A stretch of 64,000 nucleotides of DNA from an uncultured delta proteobacterium. GTDB taxonomy: Bacteria; Desulfobacterota; Desulfomonilia; Desulfomonilales; Desulfomonilaceae. Location of the stretch: contig CAWBKB010000006.1 in the NCBI GenBank assembly GCA_963789265.1, positions 352,001 to 416,000 on the forward strand, read 5' to 3'. The translations under genes were made by a program, and so were the position numbers. A model generated the notes under the pieces. That model was not told the DNA's origin. It did not search any database and saw nothing but the letters and a program-made list of their open reading frames with translations. Below, piece by piece: positions 1 to 10,700 of the stretch. The stretch's first letter is position 1, and each line of letters begins with the position of its first letter.

Positions 1-1
1 G

Positions 2-694
2 GGCGTCCCCGTGGGTAGGATTAGTGCAATTCGAATGGCCCCCGCCGGCCGGCTCGTCGAAGTCGTACTGAGTTTGGATAAGAAGTTCAAAATCAGCGGA
101 GATCTGGGAATAAAAATGGACCTGATGGGGTTGACCGGTTTAAAGTATCTGGAAATGGACACGTTCCCGCCAAATCAGCAAAAGGAACAAATAGTCCTGG
201 ATTTCAAGCCCCGTTACCCGGTAATTCCCACGTATCCTTCCGATATCAGAGAATTCGGGACCGCTTTGGAAAGCATTTTCCAGAAGGTTAAGGCGGTGGA
301 TTTGGCACAGATTTCCGGCAACCTGTTGAGAGTGACTACGAGACTTGACACGATACTGTCCGATCCCAAGTTGGACACCATCGGCGCTAATGCCGCGGGA
401 ACCCTGCGCGAGCTTAGAGAGGCCGCAAGAAAGGTCAATGAAGAAATTTCACGTTCACAGCTTTCCAAAGTGATTACCCGGACATTCGACAAAGCGGGAA
501 ACTTTTTTCAGGAGAGCACGTCAACTACACGAAGCGCGGATCGTCTAATTCGACGCGCGGATAACAACCTCAACAATCTCAGTCAAAAGCTTGATAGAAG
601 CGCGGACAACCTAATCGACTTCACACGGATGATAAAACTCAAGCCGTCCAGCATATTGTTTGGACCGGGAGAAAAAGCCCGACAAACGCGCTGA
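2..694 (+). CDS. MCE/MlaD family protein, 5'-truncated by the window edge
   Basis: Frame is open from the edge; GVPVGRISAIRM...VEVVLSLD MCE motif, long helical C-terminus ending KPSSILFG. Confidence 0.85.
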   Translation, partial: GVPVGRISAIRMAPAGRLVEVVLSLDKKFKISGDLGIKMDLMGLTGLKYLEMDTFPPNQQKEQIVLDFKPRYPVIPTYPSDIREFGTALESIFQKVKAVDLAQISGNLLRVTTRLDTILSDPKLDTIGANAAGTLRELREAARKVNEEISRSQLSKVITRTFDKAGNFFQESTSTTRSADRLIRRADNNLNNLSQKLDRSADNLIDFTRMIKLKPSSILFGPGEKARQTR

Positions 695-827
695 CGTGTT
701 TGTACGACCCATGAATCGCTTGCCGGCAGAAGGTCATCCCGCGATTTGGTTGTCGGGACCCCACTTTTCGAACTGTTGCAAGTCTTGACGGCAATAAGGC
801 CGTTTATCCGGAGGGTGGCACTCGAAC

Positions 828-1532
828 TTGAAACACAACCGGCTACCAAGCTCTACTTTTGCGAGTCCTATAGCAGCGGTCTTCACCCTGGGACTTATTG
901 TTGTTTTGGCCGGCTGTGCGCTGCGGTCCCGCGAGTCGATTACGTATCATGTCTTCGATTATCCCACACCCGCCAGGGAATATAAACCGCCCATTCCCGA
1001 TACTCTTATGGTTTATCGCTTTCTCCCCGCTTCTTCAGTGGATACAGAATCTCTGGTTGTCACCCGATCCTCAGAGGCTAAGCAGTCGGCGACGCTCCAC
1101 CGCTGGAAGGAAGACCCTGCGGATATGATAACCGATTTAGTGGTGCGCGATCTGGAGAACTCCGGGCTCTTTGAAAAGACTGTGGACCAATTGAGCACCG
1201 TGCGCTATCGCTATGCCCTGGAGGCTACTATACGCAAGCTTCAGGGGATTATAACGGAAGACAAGGCCAAAGCATTGCTCGAAGTCAAGGCCACCCTCAC
1301 GGACTTCGAGGCACCGGCCGGCACAGAGAAATATCTCTTAAAAAAACTTTATAAAATAGAGGTCCCGAGCCGGGACACTACGCCGAATTCCATAATCAAG
1401 GCGCTCGATCTCGCTGTAAAAGAGCTGTCAGAGGGTCTCCAAGCCGACATTCGTGTTGCCCTGGAATCCAAAGTTCGCGATCGGAAGAAAAGCGTACCAC
1501 GCCATCGCCCCGTCCGTAGGTCAAGAATTTAA
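828..1532 (+). CDS. ABC-type transport auxiliary lipoprotein (PqiC-like)
   Basis: Lipobox VLAGC; HRWKEDPADMI motif; follows the MCE gene. Confidence 0.75.
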   Translation: MKHNRLPSSTFASPIAAVFTLGLIVVLAGCALRSRESITYHVFDYPTPAREYKPPIPDTLMVYRFLPASSVDTESLVVTRSSEAKQSATLHRWKEDPADMITDLVVRDLENSGLFEKTVDQLSTVRYRYALEATIRKLQGIITEDKAKALLEVKATLTDFEAPAGTEKYLLKKLYKIEVPSRDTTPNSIIKALDLAVKELSEGLQADIRVALESKVRDRKKSVPRHRPVRRSRI

Positions 1533-1600
1533 ATCGATGGAGTAAAATAACTCAGCTTTGAAGCGTAACCTTTCGATTATTCACGCTCATATCACCTGCG

Positions 1601-1624
1601 GGAAAGTTCCTGCAGGGACTTTTC
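1601..1624. terminator. Possible terminator hairpin
   Basis: GGAAAGTTCC-TGCA-GGGACTTTTC, 70 nt after the stop codon. Confidence 0.35.
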
Positions 1625-1913
1625 GGATCTGACGTACTGAAAAAAATTGCCGTTCGAAGTCAGGGCTGGTATTTCCTTGGGCGATGCTTTGGCATTATAC
1701 TCCTACCAGGACGCTATTATTGACCAGTGTGGTAAAACGCGTTCAGAGGTATGGGGCTTGGGCCTCCGCTAACTCTTCCCGCCAAGGGAGGACAAATTGA
1801 TTTATCGTTTCCCCCCGTTCCGTAATATACCGGAGAGTGGGGAGAGGGGAAGACGGCTTAGACTTAAAGTCGAATTCCAGCGGGCGGCAATATCACTACA
1901 GCGGCGAGGCTGA

Positions 1914-2282
1914 ATGATGAAGCGTATCCTTGTTGTGGACGACGAGAAACATATCTGCGAGCTGTACAAGAGCGAACTCGAAGATGAAGGATACAGAGTG
2001 ACGTTGGCACACTCCGGTGAAGAGGCTCTTGCAGCAGTTGAAAGCAATCCCCCCGACCTCATTGTCCTCGACATCCAAATGCCCGGAATGGATGGGATCG
2101 AGACTTTGGAAAAGTTGTTGGGCCGGGATCAGGGCATTCCCATAATACTTAACACTGCTTACAGCCATTATCGAGATGACTTCACCACATGGGGGGCGGA
2201 TGCTTATGTTGTCAAATCTTCCGACACCTCAAAACTCAAGAAAGAGATAAAACGGCTGCTGGCAAACGAACGGCCGCAATGA
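1914..2282 (+). CDS. Single-domain response regulator receiver
   Basis: ILVVDDE...DLIVLDIQMPGMDG...TAY...VVK. Confidence 0.9.
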   Translation: MMKRILVVDDEKHICELYKSELEDEGYRVTLAHSGEEALAAVESNPPDLIVLDIQMPGMDGIETLEKLLGRDQGIPIILNTAYSHYRDDFTTWGADAYVVKSSDTSKLKKEIKRLLANERPQ

Positions 2283-2283
2283 C

Positions 2284-3510
2284 ATGAAGAATACATTGAC
2301 TATTTTGATGGCCGGAGGGAAAGGAGAGCGACTCTATCCGCTCACCAAGGCACGCGCGAAACCTTCCGTCAGATTCGGCGGCATATATCGGATCGTCGAT
2401 TTCACCCTTTCCAATTGTCTCAACTCGGACATTCGGCGAATATATGTGCTGACACAGTATCGATCCCTTTCTCTTGACCGTCACATACGGCTCGGCTGGA
2501 GCGTCTTCAATCACGAGTTGGGCGAGTTCATAGAGTGTGTACCACCCCAACAGCGAAACGTCGATCGCTGGTACCGGGGGACAGCGGATAGCATTTACCA
2601 GAATATTTACCTGCTCCAAAGGGAACGCCCCGAACGTGTGCTTATCCTCTCGGGTGATCACGTTTACAAGATGAACTACAACGACATGCTTGCCTTCCAC
2701 ATGGAGCAAAATGCCGAACTGACCGTTGCAGGCGTCGAGATCGAGCGTTCCGCGGCCGTCCATTTTGGAATTATAGGGAGCGACGACAGCTTCAGGATTG
2801 TCGACTGGGCGGAAAAACCCGCGGATCCGAAGCCGGTGCCGGGAAAGCCGGATAAATCATTCGTCTCTATGGGGGTTTACATATTCAACACCGATGTGCT
2901 CGTCAAGAACGTGATTGCGGATGCCAAGGACACTTCATCCTCGCACGATTTTGGAAAGGATGTGGTCCCACGGATGATCCACAACAGTAGGGTCTTCGTG
3001 CACAACTTCAAGGAAGCCAACAATGAAGAGGGTCGTTACTGGAGAGACATTGGAACAATCGACGCCTACTGGGAGGCCAATATGGACCTCTGCTCGGACG
3101 TTCCCCAGTGCAACCTCTACGACACGAAATGGCCTATTCGGACTTATCAGGGGCAAGTGCCTCCTGCGAGAACGGTGTCTGTGGCCGGTGAAGGGAGCGA
3201 AGAGCGTCTGCATAGCCACGTCTGGAATTCGATGATATCAGGCGGCTGTGTGCTTTCCGGATGCACCGTAAAGAACTCTGTGCTTTCTCAGGGCGTTCGT
3301 GTCAATGCGGGGAGTGTTGTGGAGGAATCCGTACTTCTCGATGGCGTGTACGTGGGGCAACATGTGGGAATCCGCAAAGCGATCATAGATCAGGATGTTA
3401 TAGTTCCGGACGGGTTTACCATTGGATACGAGCCTGAAAAGGATAAGCGCCGGTTCACGATCTCTCCGGGGAACGTGGTTCTTGTACCTCGTGGAATCAA
3501 GCTCGATTAG
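2284..3510 (+). CDS. glgC: Glucose-1-phosphate adenylyltransferase
   Basis: AGGKGERLYPLTKARAKPSVRFGG, WYRGTAD, LSGDHVYKMNY, YWRDIGT. Confidence 0.97.
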   Translation: MKNTLTILMAGGKGERLYPLTKARAKPSVRFGGIYRIVDFTLSNCLNSDIRRIYVLTQYRSLSLDRHIRLGWSVFNHELGEFIECVPPQQRNVDRWYRGTADSIYQNIYLLQRERPERVLILSGDHVYKMNYNDMLAFHMEQNAELTVAGVEIERSAAVHFGIIGSDDSFRIVDWAEKPADPKPVPGKPDKSFVSMGVYIFNTDVLVKNVIADAKDTSSSHDFGKDVVPRMIHNSRVFVHNFKEANNEEGRYWRDIGTIDAYWEANMDLCSDVPQCNLYDTKWPIRTYQGQVPPARTVSVAGEGSEERLHSHVWNSMISGGCVLSGCTVKNSVLSQGVRVNAGSVVEESVLLDGVYVGQHVGIRKAIIDQDVIVPDGFTIGYEPEKDKRRFTISPGNVVLVPRGIKLD

Positions 3511-3570
3511 CGGCAGCCGACTTTAGACCAATTTTCTTCGGGACTGTTCACGTGACAAACAAGCTTTACC

Positions 3571-3718
3571 GTCATTGCGAGGGCGCCGGCCCGTGGCTAT
3601 CTTTCATCCGGGTGAGCATAAATTGCCGGTGGGACGTCCCGCGCGGAACGCGGGATTGCCCGTCATCCCTAATAGACAGGCTAGAAGCCTGTCTCACCAT
3701 TCACTCCTCGCAATGACA
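3571..3718. repeat. Composite palindromic repeat (GTCATTGCGAG...CTCGCAATGACA shell, inner REP pair, mini-hairpin at 3637-3656)
   Basis: Inverted ends; 3622-3718 is the reverse complement of 19103-19187 apart from the mini-hairpin and a few substitutions. Confidence 0.85.
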
Positions 3719-3811
3719 TTGCGCTCTTAACCGGGCTCTTTGGCAACGGCACAATTCCGATTTTTGTGTATTCCCTAACTTCAAACAGGTTCAGAAGGCG
3801 AGGATTGTATA

Positions 3812-4606
3812 ATGCCGGAGGTACCCGTTCGAGGACGGTTGCTGGCCTATGAGAGACAGCCCGAAGATCTTGATAGATCATCGCTGTCGGTAGTCTTTAT
3901 TCACGGTAGCGGCGGCGACCGCGAAGATTGGCGTGCGCAGCTTGACGGGCTCTCATGGGCGGCCACCGTCGTCGCGTTGGAATTGCCCGGTCACGGAGCA
4001 TCCGAGCCGCCCGGAGAAATCTCCGTAGGCGCATACGCGCGATGGGTGACGGATTTCGTTGATGTCCTGGGACTACAAAGAGTCGTACTCGTCGGATGTT
4101 CTCTGGGAAGCGCCATCACGGAGTGGATCGCTCTTTTCGCTGCCCGGCCCTGGCTTGTAGGGATCGGATTGGTCGGAGCAGGCGCTCGCCTGCGTGTTCA
4201 TCCGGCCTTCCTGGATGGCCTCCGGCAGGATAAGGAGACGGCGCTGGCCATGCTTTCCGACTACTGCCTTTCGCCGGCATCAGGCGAACCGCTTCGCACA
4301 AGACTAAGGGAAAGATACCTCAAGACATCAGCGGATTTAGTTCATGGGGATCTGAGCGCGTGTAACGAGTTCGATGTGATGGATAAAATCCATCAGGTAC
4401 GATTGCCGACCTCGATTCTTGTAGGAGAAGATGACCGACTCACTCCGGTCAAATATGCGCGCTTCCTGCACGACAAAATTAGCGGCTCACACCTGGCCGT
4501 CGTGCCCCAAGCGGGCCACTTGGTCATGATGGAAAAGCCGGAGGAGTTCAACCGCCTCCTCGCTGAGTTCCTCGCCGAACTGAAGGGGCGACCGAACAGC
4601 CCCTAA
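3812..4606 (+). CDS. Alpha/beta hydrolase
   Basis: VFIHGSGG, LPGHGAS, GCSLGS nucleophile elbow, GEDD, AGH. Confidence 0.9.
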   Translation: MPEVPVRGRLLAYERQPEDLDRSSLSVVFIHGSGGDREDWRAQLDGLSWAATVVALELPGHGASEPPGEISVGAYARWVTDFVDVLGLQRVVLVGCSLGSAITEWIALFAARPWLVGIGLVGAGARLRVHPAFLDGLRQDKETALAMLSDYCLSPASGEPLRTRLRERYLKTSADLVHGDLSACNEFDVMDKIHQVRLPTSILVGEDDRLTPVKYARFLHDKISGSHLAVVPQAGHLVMMEKPEEFNRLLAEFLAELKGRPNSP

Positions 4607-4622
4607 AGCAATCATATACTTG

Positions 4623-5654
4623 TCATGTGTTGGAGATCTCTCGGAGAAGATCTATATCTTCGAGCATCTTTCCAGCCCCGCGAGCCACAGTAGACAGGGG
4701 ATCCTCGGGTACCACTATAGGGACTCCAATCTCGCGGCGCACCCGCACGTCCAGGTTCTTCAGGAGAGAGCCTCCTCCCGTGAGGACTATTCCTGTGTCG
4801 ATAATATCCGCCGCCAATTCGGGCGGACATTGTTCCAGGGCCATTTTCACGCTGTCCACGATGGAATTCACCGAATCCATTATGGCGTGTGCCACATCTG
4901 TGGAGCTTACTGTTATGGTTTTGGGAATGCCATCCATCAAATCCCGGCCCTTTATGTCTACTTCCTCAACCTCGTCGTCCAGACTGGCCCGGCCCACCAG
5001 TATTTTGATCTGCTCGGCAGTGGATGGTCCTATAAGAAGGCTGTAATTCTTGCGGATGAACTCGAGGATGTCCATATCGAGCTTGTCCCCGGCGATCTTG
5101 CTCGAGTTGCTGTAAACTATACCCGTCAGCGAAATTATCGCGACCTCTGTGGTTCCGCCGCCTATATCGACAATCATGTTGCTCATCGGCTCGGTAACTG
5201 GAAGACCGGCGCCCATGGCCGCCGCCATAGCCTCCTGGACGATGAACACTTCGTGAGCCCCCACGTTTAGGGCGGAGTCCCGCACTGCCCGTCTTTCGAC
5301 CGGGGTGACGCCGGCAGGCACAGAGATGATTACCCGTGGTCTGACAAAGGATTTCCGTTGGTGAACTTTTTGGATAAAGAACTTCAGCATTAAGCTGGCA
5401 ATCTCGAAGTTAGCTATGACGCCTTCCCTGAGCGGACGAAACACCTCGATGGAACCCGGAACTCGCCCTATCATCTTCTTGGCGTCCTCGCCTATCCAAA
5501 TCTCCGAATTTCGCTTATCCTTTCTTCGGATTGCCACGACCGACGGCTCGTTGAGCACGATCCCTTTTCCACGTGCATATACCAGCGTATTTGCCGTACC
5601 CAGGTCTATCGCCAGGTCCTTCGAAACTTTGGATGCTAAAAAGCTAAGAAGCAT
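4623..5654 (-). CDS. mreB: Rod shape-determining protein MreB
   Basis: AIDLGTANTLVY, VDIGGGTTEVA, LTGGGSLL. Confidence 0.95.
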   Translation of the reverse strand: MLLSFLASKVSKDLAIDLGTANTLVYARGKGIVLNEPSVVAIRRKDKRNSEIWIGEDAKKMIGRVPGSIEVFRPLREGVIANFEIASLMLKFFIQKVHQRKSFVRPRVIISVPAGVTPVERRAVRDSALNVGAHEVFIVQEAMAAAMGAGLPVTEPMSNMIVDIGGGTTEVAIISLTGIVYSNSSKIAGDKLDMDILEFIRKNYSLLIGPSTAEQIKILVGRASLDDEVEEVDIKGRDLMDGIPKTITVSSTDVAHAIMDSVNSIVDSVKMALEQCPPELAADIIDTGIVLTGGGSLLKNLDVRVRREIGVPIVVPEDPLSTVARGAGKMLEDIDLLREISNT

Positions 5655-5966
5655 CTGTTGCCCTTCGAAGAGCGTTGTCTGGTAACGAAAAGAAAAGAAG
5701 TCCGGAGGTCAAAAAGTCTGAATGAGGGAATGATTACGAAACGCCCTCACCGCGAGTCTTCCGAACTCTGTGCACAGGATTGCTAGGGGGCGCCATTTCC
5801 GGCCGCTAGGTAGACCGGCAACACAGCGCTTTACGTAAGCGCCGTGTGCTTTCAAGAACTCTGCTGAGAAGCCTGGCTTGACCAGGGATTCGCGGTTTTT
5901 GACCTCGCAAAATTCAATCGGAATACTATAGTCTTTGCGTTGTCCGGTGCATAACAGCCCATTAGG

Positions 5967-7238
5967 TCAAAGCTTCACTTCAATGATGGAATTCTTTTTC
6001 AGCTCTTCGATATATTCCTTCATGCGGGCATGAATGGTCTCATGTCTTACCAGGGCGATCACCTTGTTTCGGACCTTTTTGTATTCTTTTTCTTCCGCTG
6101 GGGTCAATATACCCAGAGTTTTCTTGGTCTTGGAGTCCGGCGATGCTGCTGCACCCTTTTCGGAAGCGACCTCTTTGGCAGGGCCGGCGTTTGCTTTGGG
6201 AGGTCCCTCCTTGTTGGCAGCCTGACGCTGCTTTTGCATCTCTTTCCAGCGTTTCTCCAATTGTTTGCGGACCTTTTCCGGGATCTTGACCTTCTTCACG
6301 GTCCTGCCTTTAGCATCCACAAGATAAAACATGATCAGCGCGTCCGGGCCTGTCAAAGGTGGACTCACGTCCCCCGGTTTCATACGCTGCACGAGCTTCT
6401 GCATGGCAGGAACCATGTCCTTGTAGTTCATGGCCCCAAGATTTCCGCCCGAGGAGGCCAGGGAGTCTTGCGAGTACTTCTTGGCAAGCTTGGCAAAATC
6501 AACCCCCGTCATGGCCTCCTTGTAAATCTGCTTTGCCTTCTCCATTACTTTGGCGACGCTCTTGCGACTCTTATCCGCCGGCATCTTCAGTGTGATCTGT
6601 CGAAGCCTCAACCTGCCTCCTACAAATAGTTGCTCGTAAGTGGGAATTGCAGGTCCGGTCTGCGCTCCGCTCGCCGGCTTTGGTGTGAAGCTTTCGACAA
6701 GTTTCTTATAAAGCTCTTCGATATTGTCCCGATTTTTCTTGAAGTATTTTTGGGCGTCCTCTTCACTCAATGGGACTTTTTGCAGCACTTCACTGGCAAT
6801 TAATCGACTTAATATGAGTTGGCGCTTCATTATTTTTCGGTATTCAGCATAATTAATCCCGTGACCAGCCAGCAAGAGAACGAATTGCTCTTGCGTAAGT
6901 CCATTCCGCTTTCTTATCGCTTCTATGGAAGCATCCACCCCTTTGTCATCGACCTTAATCCCCTTCTTGACCGCGGCCTGTTCCAGGAGATGGGTAACTA
7001 TAAGCTCATCGAGGATGTCTCGGTCCGTGGGCACTTTACCCGGTGGTATGACCCCTAGAGGCAGGTTCGTGAGATTTCGCATAAATGGTTGTTTGTGTTT
7101 CCTTATGTCCGACTCCAGGATCACATCTCCATTTACTATGGCGGCTATCCGGTCCGAGTAGCCTTCAGCATGGAGGAGTGGAACGATCCACGCTGAGCCG
7201 AGAATCAGCAATATAAGGCAGACGTTGGTCCTTTTCAT
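5967..7238 (-). CDS. SurA-family chaperone/parvulin peptidyl-prolyl isomerase
   Basis: Signal peptide, DRIAAIVNGDVI, FAKLAKKYSQD...GGNLG; follows mfd. Confidence 0.85.
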   Translation of the reverse strand: MKRTNVCLILLILGSAWIVPLLHAEGYSDRIAAIVNGDVILESDIRKHKQPFMRNLTNLPLGVIPPGKVPTDRDILDELIVTHLLEQAAVKKGIKVDDKGVDASIEAIRKRNGLTQEQFVLLLAGHGINYAEYRKIMKRQLILSRLIASEVLQKVPLSEEDAQKYFKKNRDNIEELYKKLVESFTPKPASGAQTGPAIPTYEQLFVGGRLRLRQITLKMPADKSRKSVAKVMEKAKQIYKEAMTGVDFAKLAKKYSQDSLASSGGNLGAMNYKDMVPAMQKLVQRMKPGDVSPPLTGPDALIMFYLVDAKGRTVKKVKIPEKVRKQLEKRWKEMQKQRQAANKEGPPKANAGPAKEVASEKGAAASPDSKTKKTLGILTPAEEKEYKKVRNKVIALVRHETIHARMKEYIEELKKNSIIEVKL

Positions 7239-7747
7239 GTTTCCTTGCCGGTATTCCGGCAGACCTTTAACTAAGTCTCGATGCTTCTTTCACACAAAAC
7301 GGGTTTGCTCGCATCGAGCCAAACGGATTCCTTGCCTTGTCTCTCATACCAGTCCGCGCAACCCGGGGCAAGCATTCATCGTGGAACCCGGGCAAATAGG
7401 CCGGGGGCGGCCTATTTCCCGTCTTAAATACCATGTACAGTTCCAAACCGTTACATGTTTAATCAAAAGCAGTCCTTTTTGCAACCTTGTAGGAATCTAG
7501 TTGTCAGGCTCTGCCGCGACCACATATACCGCCGGGCTCCGCCGCAAAATGTCAGGTCAGCTTCGAGAGAGCAACCGGCAAGCAGTGCTTTGAATCATCA
7601 GGCGTGCAGATCGGCTTCGAAGCCGGAGCCTCCTCCTACGGACCTACGGACCTCCGGGCTGAGGACTGGGACCTGGAACAGTGAAGAGTGCAAGTTGCCG
7701 CGATTGAGCCTTGCTCGCCGACACGCGCATTGATATTGATACTCATT

Positions 7748-10700
7748 TCAAAGAGATGGATTAACACTTTCAGCACCGGACCTTTTGCCGTTGATTGACT
7801 CCCTCAGACGCTCCAGCAGAGCCAAGCACTTCTTGATCCTGGACATAGGGTCCACTTTCCCGACGCGAAATGCAAGGCGATCCCCGGGTAGAAGTCGAAT
7901 CCGCCCGTCATTTTGAGACCAACTGATCAGAGTTTGCGGATTTACCCGAGTTTCCGTATCAAACGTGAAGACGAGGTCCTGTTCGTTATAATCGAGCCTC
8001 AGGATTCGCACTTCTTTCATGGCCAGCCTTATCCGCATGACCTGCATCAGTTGGGCAACCTGCAAAGGAGTCTGACCGTAGAGATCCACAATCTCTTCTT
8101 CTATCTCGTCAATTTCGGCCGGCTCGGAGGCCCTGGAAAGCCTCTTATAAAGGTTCATACGCTGTTGCGGATCGGGAGCGTAATCTTCGGGAATAAAGGC
8201 TTCCAACTTGAGGCGTATGTCCGGATCGATCCGAGGCGCGGGTTCTTCCCCCTTTATCTCTTGAATGGCCTGCTGCAGCAATTCCAGGTACATTTCGTAT
8301 CCCACTTGGGCCACGTGTCCGGACTGTGATGTTCCCAGGATGTTGCCTGCGCCACGGATCTCCATATCTCTCATTGCAATTCGGAAGCCCTGACCGAGAT
8401 TGGAATATTCCTGTATTACCGCGAGCCTCTTGATCGCGTCTGCGGTCATGAGGGTCTCCGGCGGAGTAAGCAAGTAAGCGTACGCCCGCATGTGCGATCG
8501 CCCTACGCGTCCCCTGAGCTGATATAGGTCTGCGAGTCCAAAAGCGTCGGCCCTTTCTATTATTATGGTGTTGGCCCTGGGGATATCGAGTCCGGATTCA
8601 ATTATGCTCGTGCAAACCAGAATGTTGATCCCCCCGGTAATGAATTCCAACATCACTCGTTCCAACTCACGGTCCGCCATTTGGCCGTGAGCTACCCCGA
8701 ATCGACCTTCCGGGACGAGCTTTTGAAGTGCAGCAGAGCGTTTATAAATGGTTCGGACCCGGTTGTGAATGTAGAAGGCCTGTCCGCCCCGACTTATTTC
8801 CCGCACAAGCGCCTCTCTTATGACCTCATCGGACTGCCGCATGACGTGCGTTCGGATCGATTGCCGGTTTGCGGGTGGAGTTTCAATTACCGACAGGTCA
8901 CGTATTCCGGTGAGGGACAGATTCAGTGTCCTGGGAATAGGCGTCGCGGTCAAGGTGAGCACGTCAACGTGAGCCTTGAACTTCTTGATCCTCTCCTTGT
9001 GCGAGACTCCAAAACGTTGCTCCTCGTCAACCACCAGCAGCCCCAGATCTTTGAATTCCACATCTTTTTGCAACAGTCTGTGCGTACCTATCATCAGATC
9101 GACTTTTCCAGCAGCAAGCCGCTTCAGGGTTTCCTTCTGCTCGGCCGGGCTACGGAAGCGCGACGGTACACCCACATGAAAAGGATATCCGTTCAAGCGA
9201 CGGGTGAAGGTGTCGTAATGCTGCTGGGCAAGAACCGTGGTGGGGACCAGGACTGCAACTTGTTTGCCGTCCATCATAACTCGAAATGCAGCCCTCAGCG
9301 CGACTTCAGTTTTGCCGTAGCCGACGTCTCCGCATACAAGCCTATCCATGGGTTTGTCCTGGTCCATGGCCTCCATGACGTCTGAAATGGCCTTGGTCTG
9401 ATCCGGCGTTTCTTCAAATTCGAAGGAAGCCTCAAAAGCAGCAAAAACTTCATCCATAGCGGAGTACGGCCTGCGGGCGCTCACCTGTCGTTTGGCAAAT
9501 ATCTCCAGGAGTTCTCGAGCCATTTCCCGGATCGACTTCTTGACCTTGGCCTTGGTCTTGCTCCATCCCTTGCCGCCCAGACGGTCTATCCGAGGAGGCT
9601 CCTCAGAACCGGAAATGTACTTTTGGATCACCTGCAAGCGCTCAACAGGATGATAGAGCAAATCCCCGCCGGAATATTCGATCACCATTACTTCGCCGGG
9701 GATGCCGTCGAATTCCTTGGAAGCAAGACCGCGAAATATGCCGATGCCGTAATCTTCGTGAACTACAGGTTCGCCTTCGACCAGATCGGTCAAAGAGGAG
9801 AGCAATGTTCCTCTTGCGCGCCTCTTGGGGGGAATTCTCACTCTGGCGCCGAAAATCTCTTCTTCGGTCACAATTATCCGGCGAGCCTCTTGCATTCGGA
9901 ATCCGGCGGATAGCGCTCCTATGCACAGGCGAATACCGGGTATTGGGGTCGAATCGAGGTTTGATCGTTCAAAAAGTCCGCTTCTGAAATCTAAATTGAG
10001 CGAATAAGGTTCCAGAAGTTTGAGAAGGCGATGAGCCTGGCCTTGAGTGTGGCTGACCAACAAGACTTCATTACCGTCGTCCCGCCATGATTCCAGACGT
10101 TTGACAAGTCTTGCCATGCTCGTGTCGTAAGTCTTGGTCCCCAGGAGATCCCGTCTTATGTCGTCATTTGTCTGGCAGTTAATCCTAAAGGCCCGAAGGT
10201 GCGGATTTTCAATTTCCAAAGGAGACACGACCACAGTACGGAATTTTTCCACTTCGCGCACGAACTCATCCGGAGAAAGATAAAGTTCTTCAGGCCGCGG
10301 AACGGGGAGTCCCTCCTGTGTGGCAGATTCCCAGCCTCGGAAAATTTCTTCTTGCAGATCTTCAAATGCGCGGCCCAGAGTATCCGCGTCGGGAAGCATC
10401 AGGACAGAATCGCGGGGGAGGTAGTCAAACAGGCTCTGCAAGTTCGGAAAGAAATAAGGAAGATAGCATTCAGCCCCGGGAAATCTCACCGAATGTCGGA
10501 AATCATCGACAAGCCTCTGGCGAACCCTCTTTTCCACTCCCTGCTCTTCACAAACGTCCAACAGCCGTTGTAAGCCTGCGCCCAAAGCTTTTTCATCCGG
10601 AATCAGCGCGTGGACGGGACCGACTTGAACCTCGGAAACAGCTTCGCGAGATCTCTGATTGGAAGGATCGAAGAAACGGATCGACTCGATACGATCCCCC

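Noticed and set aside
4620..5270. Long antisense ORFs over mreB, mfd, valS, etf and others
   Set aside because: Shadow ORFs of GC-rich coding strands with no recognisable motifs.
7635..7653. CCTACGGACCTACGGACCT tandem repeat in the mfd-surA spacer
   Set aside because: Only about two units of 8 nt with no supporting context.
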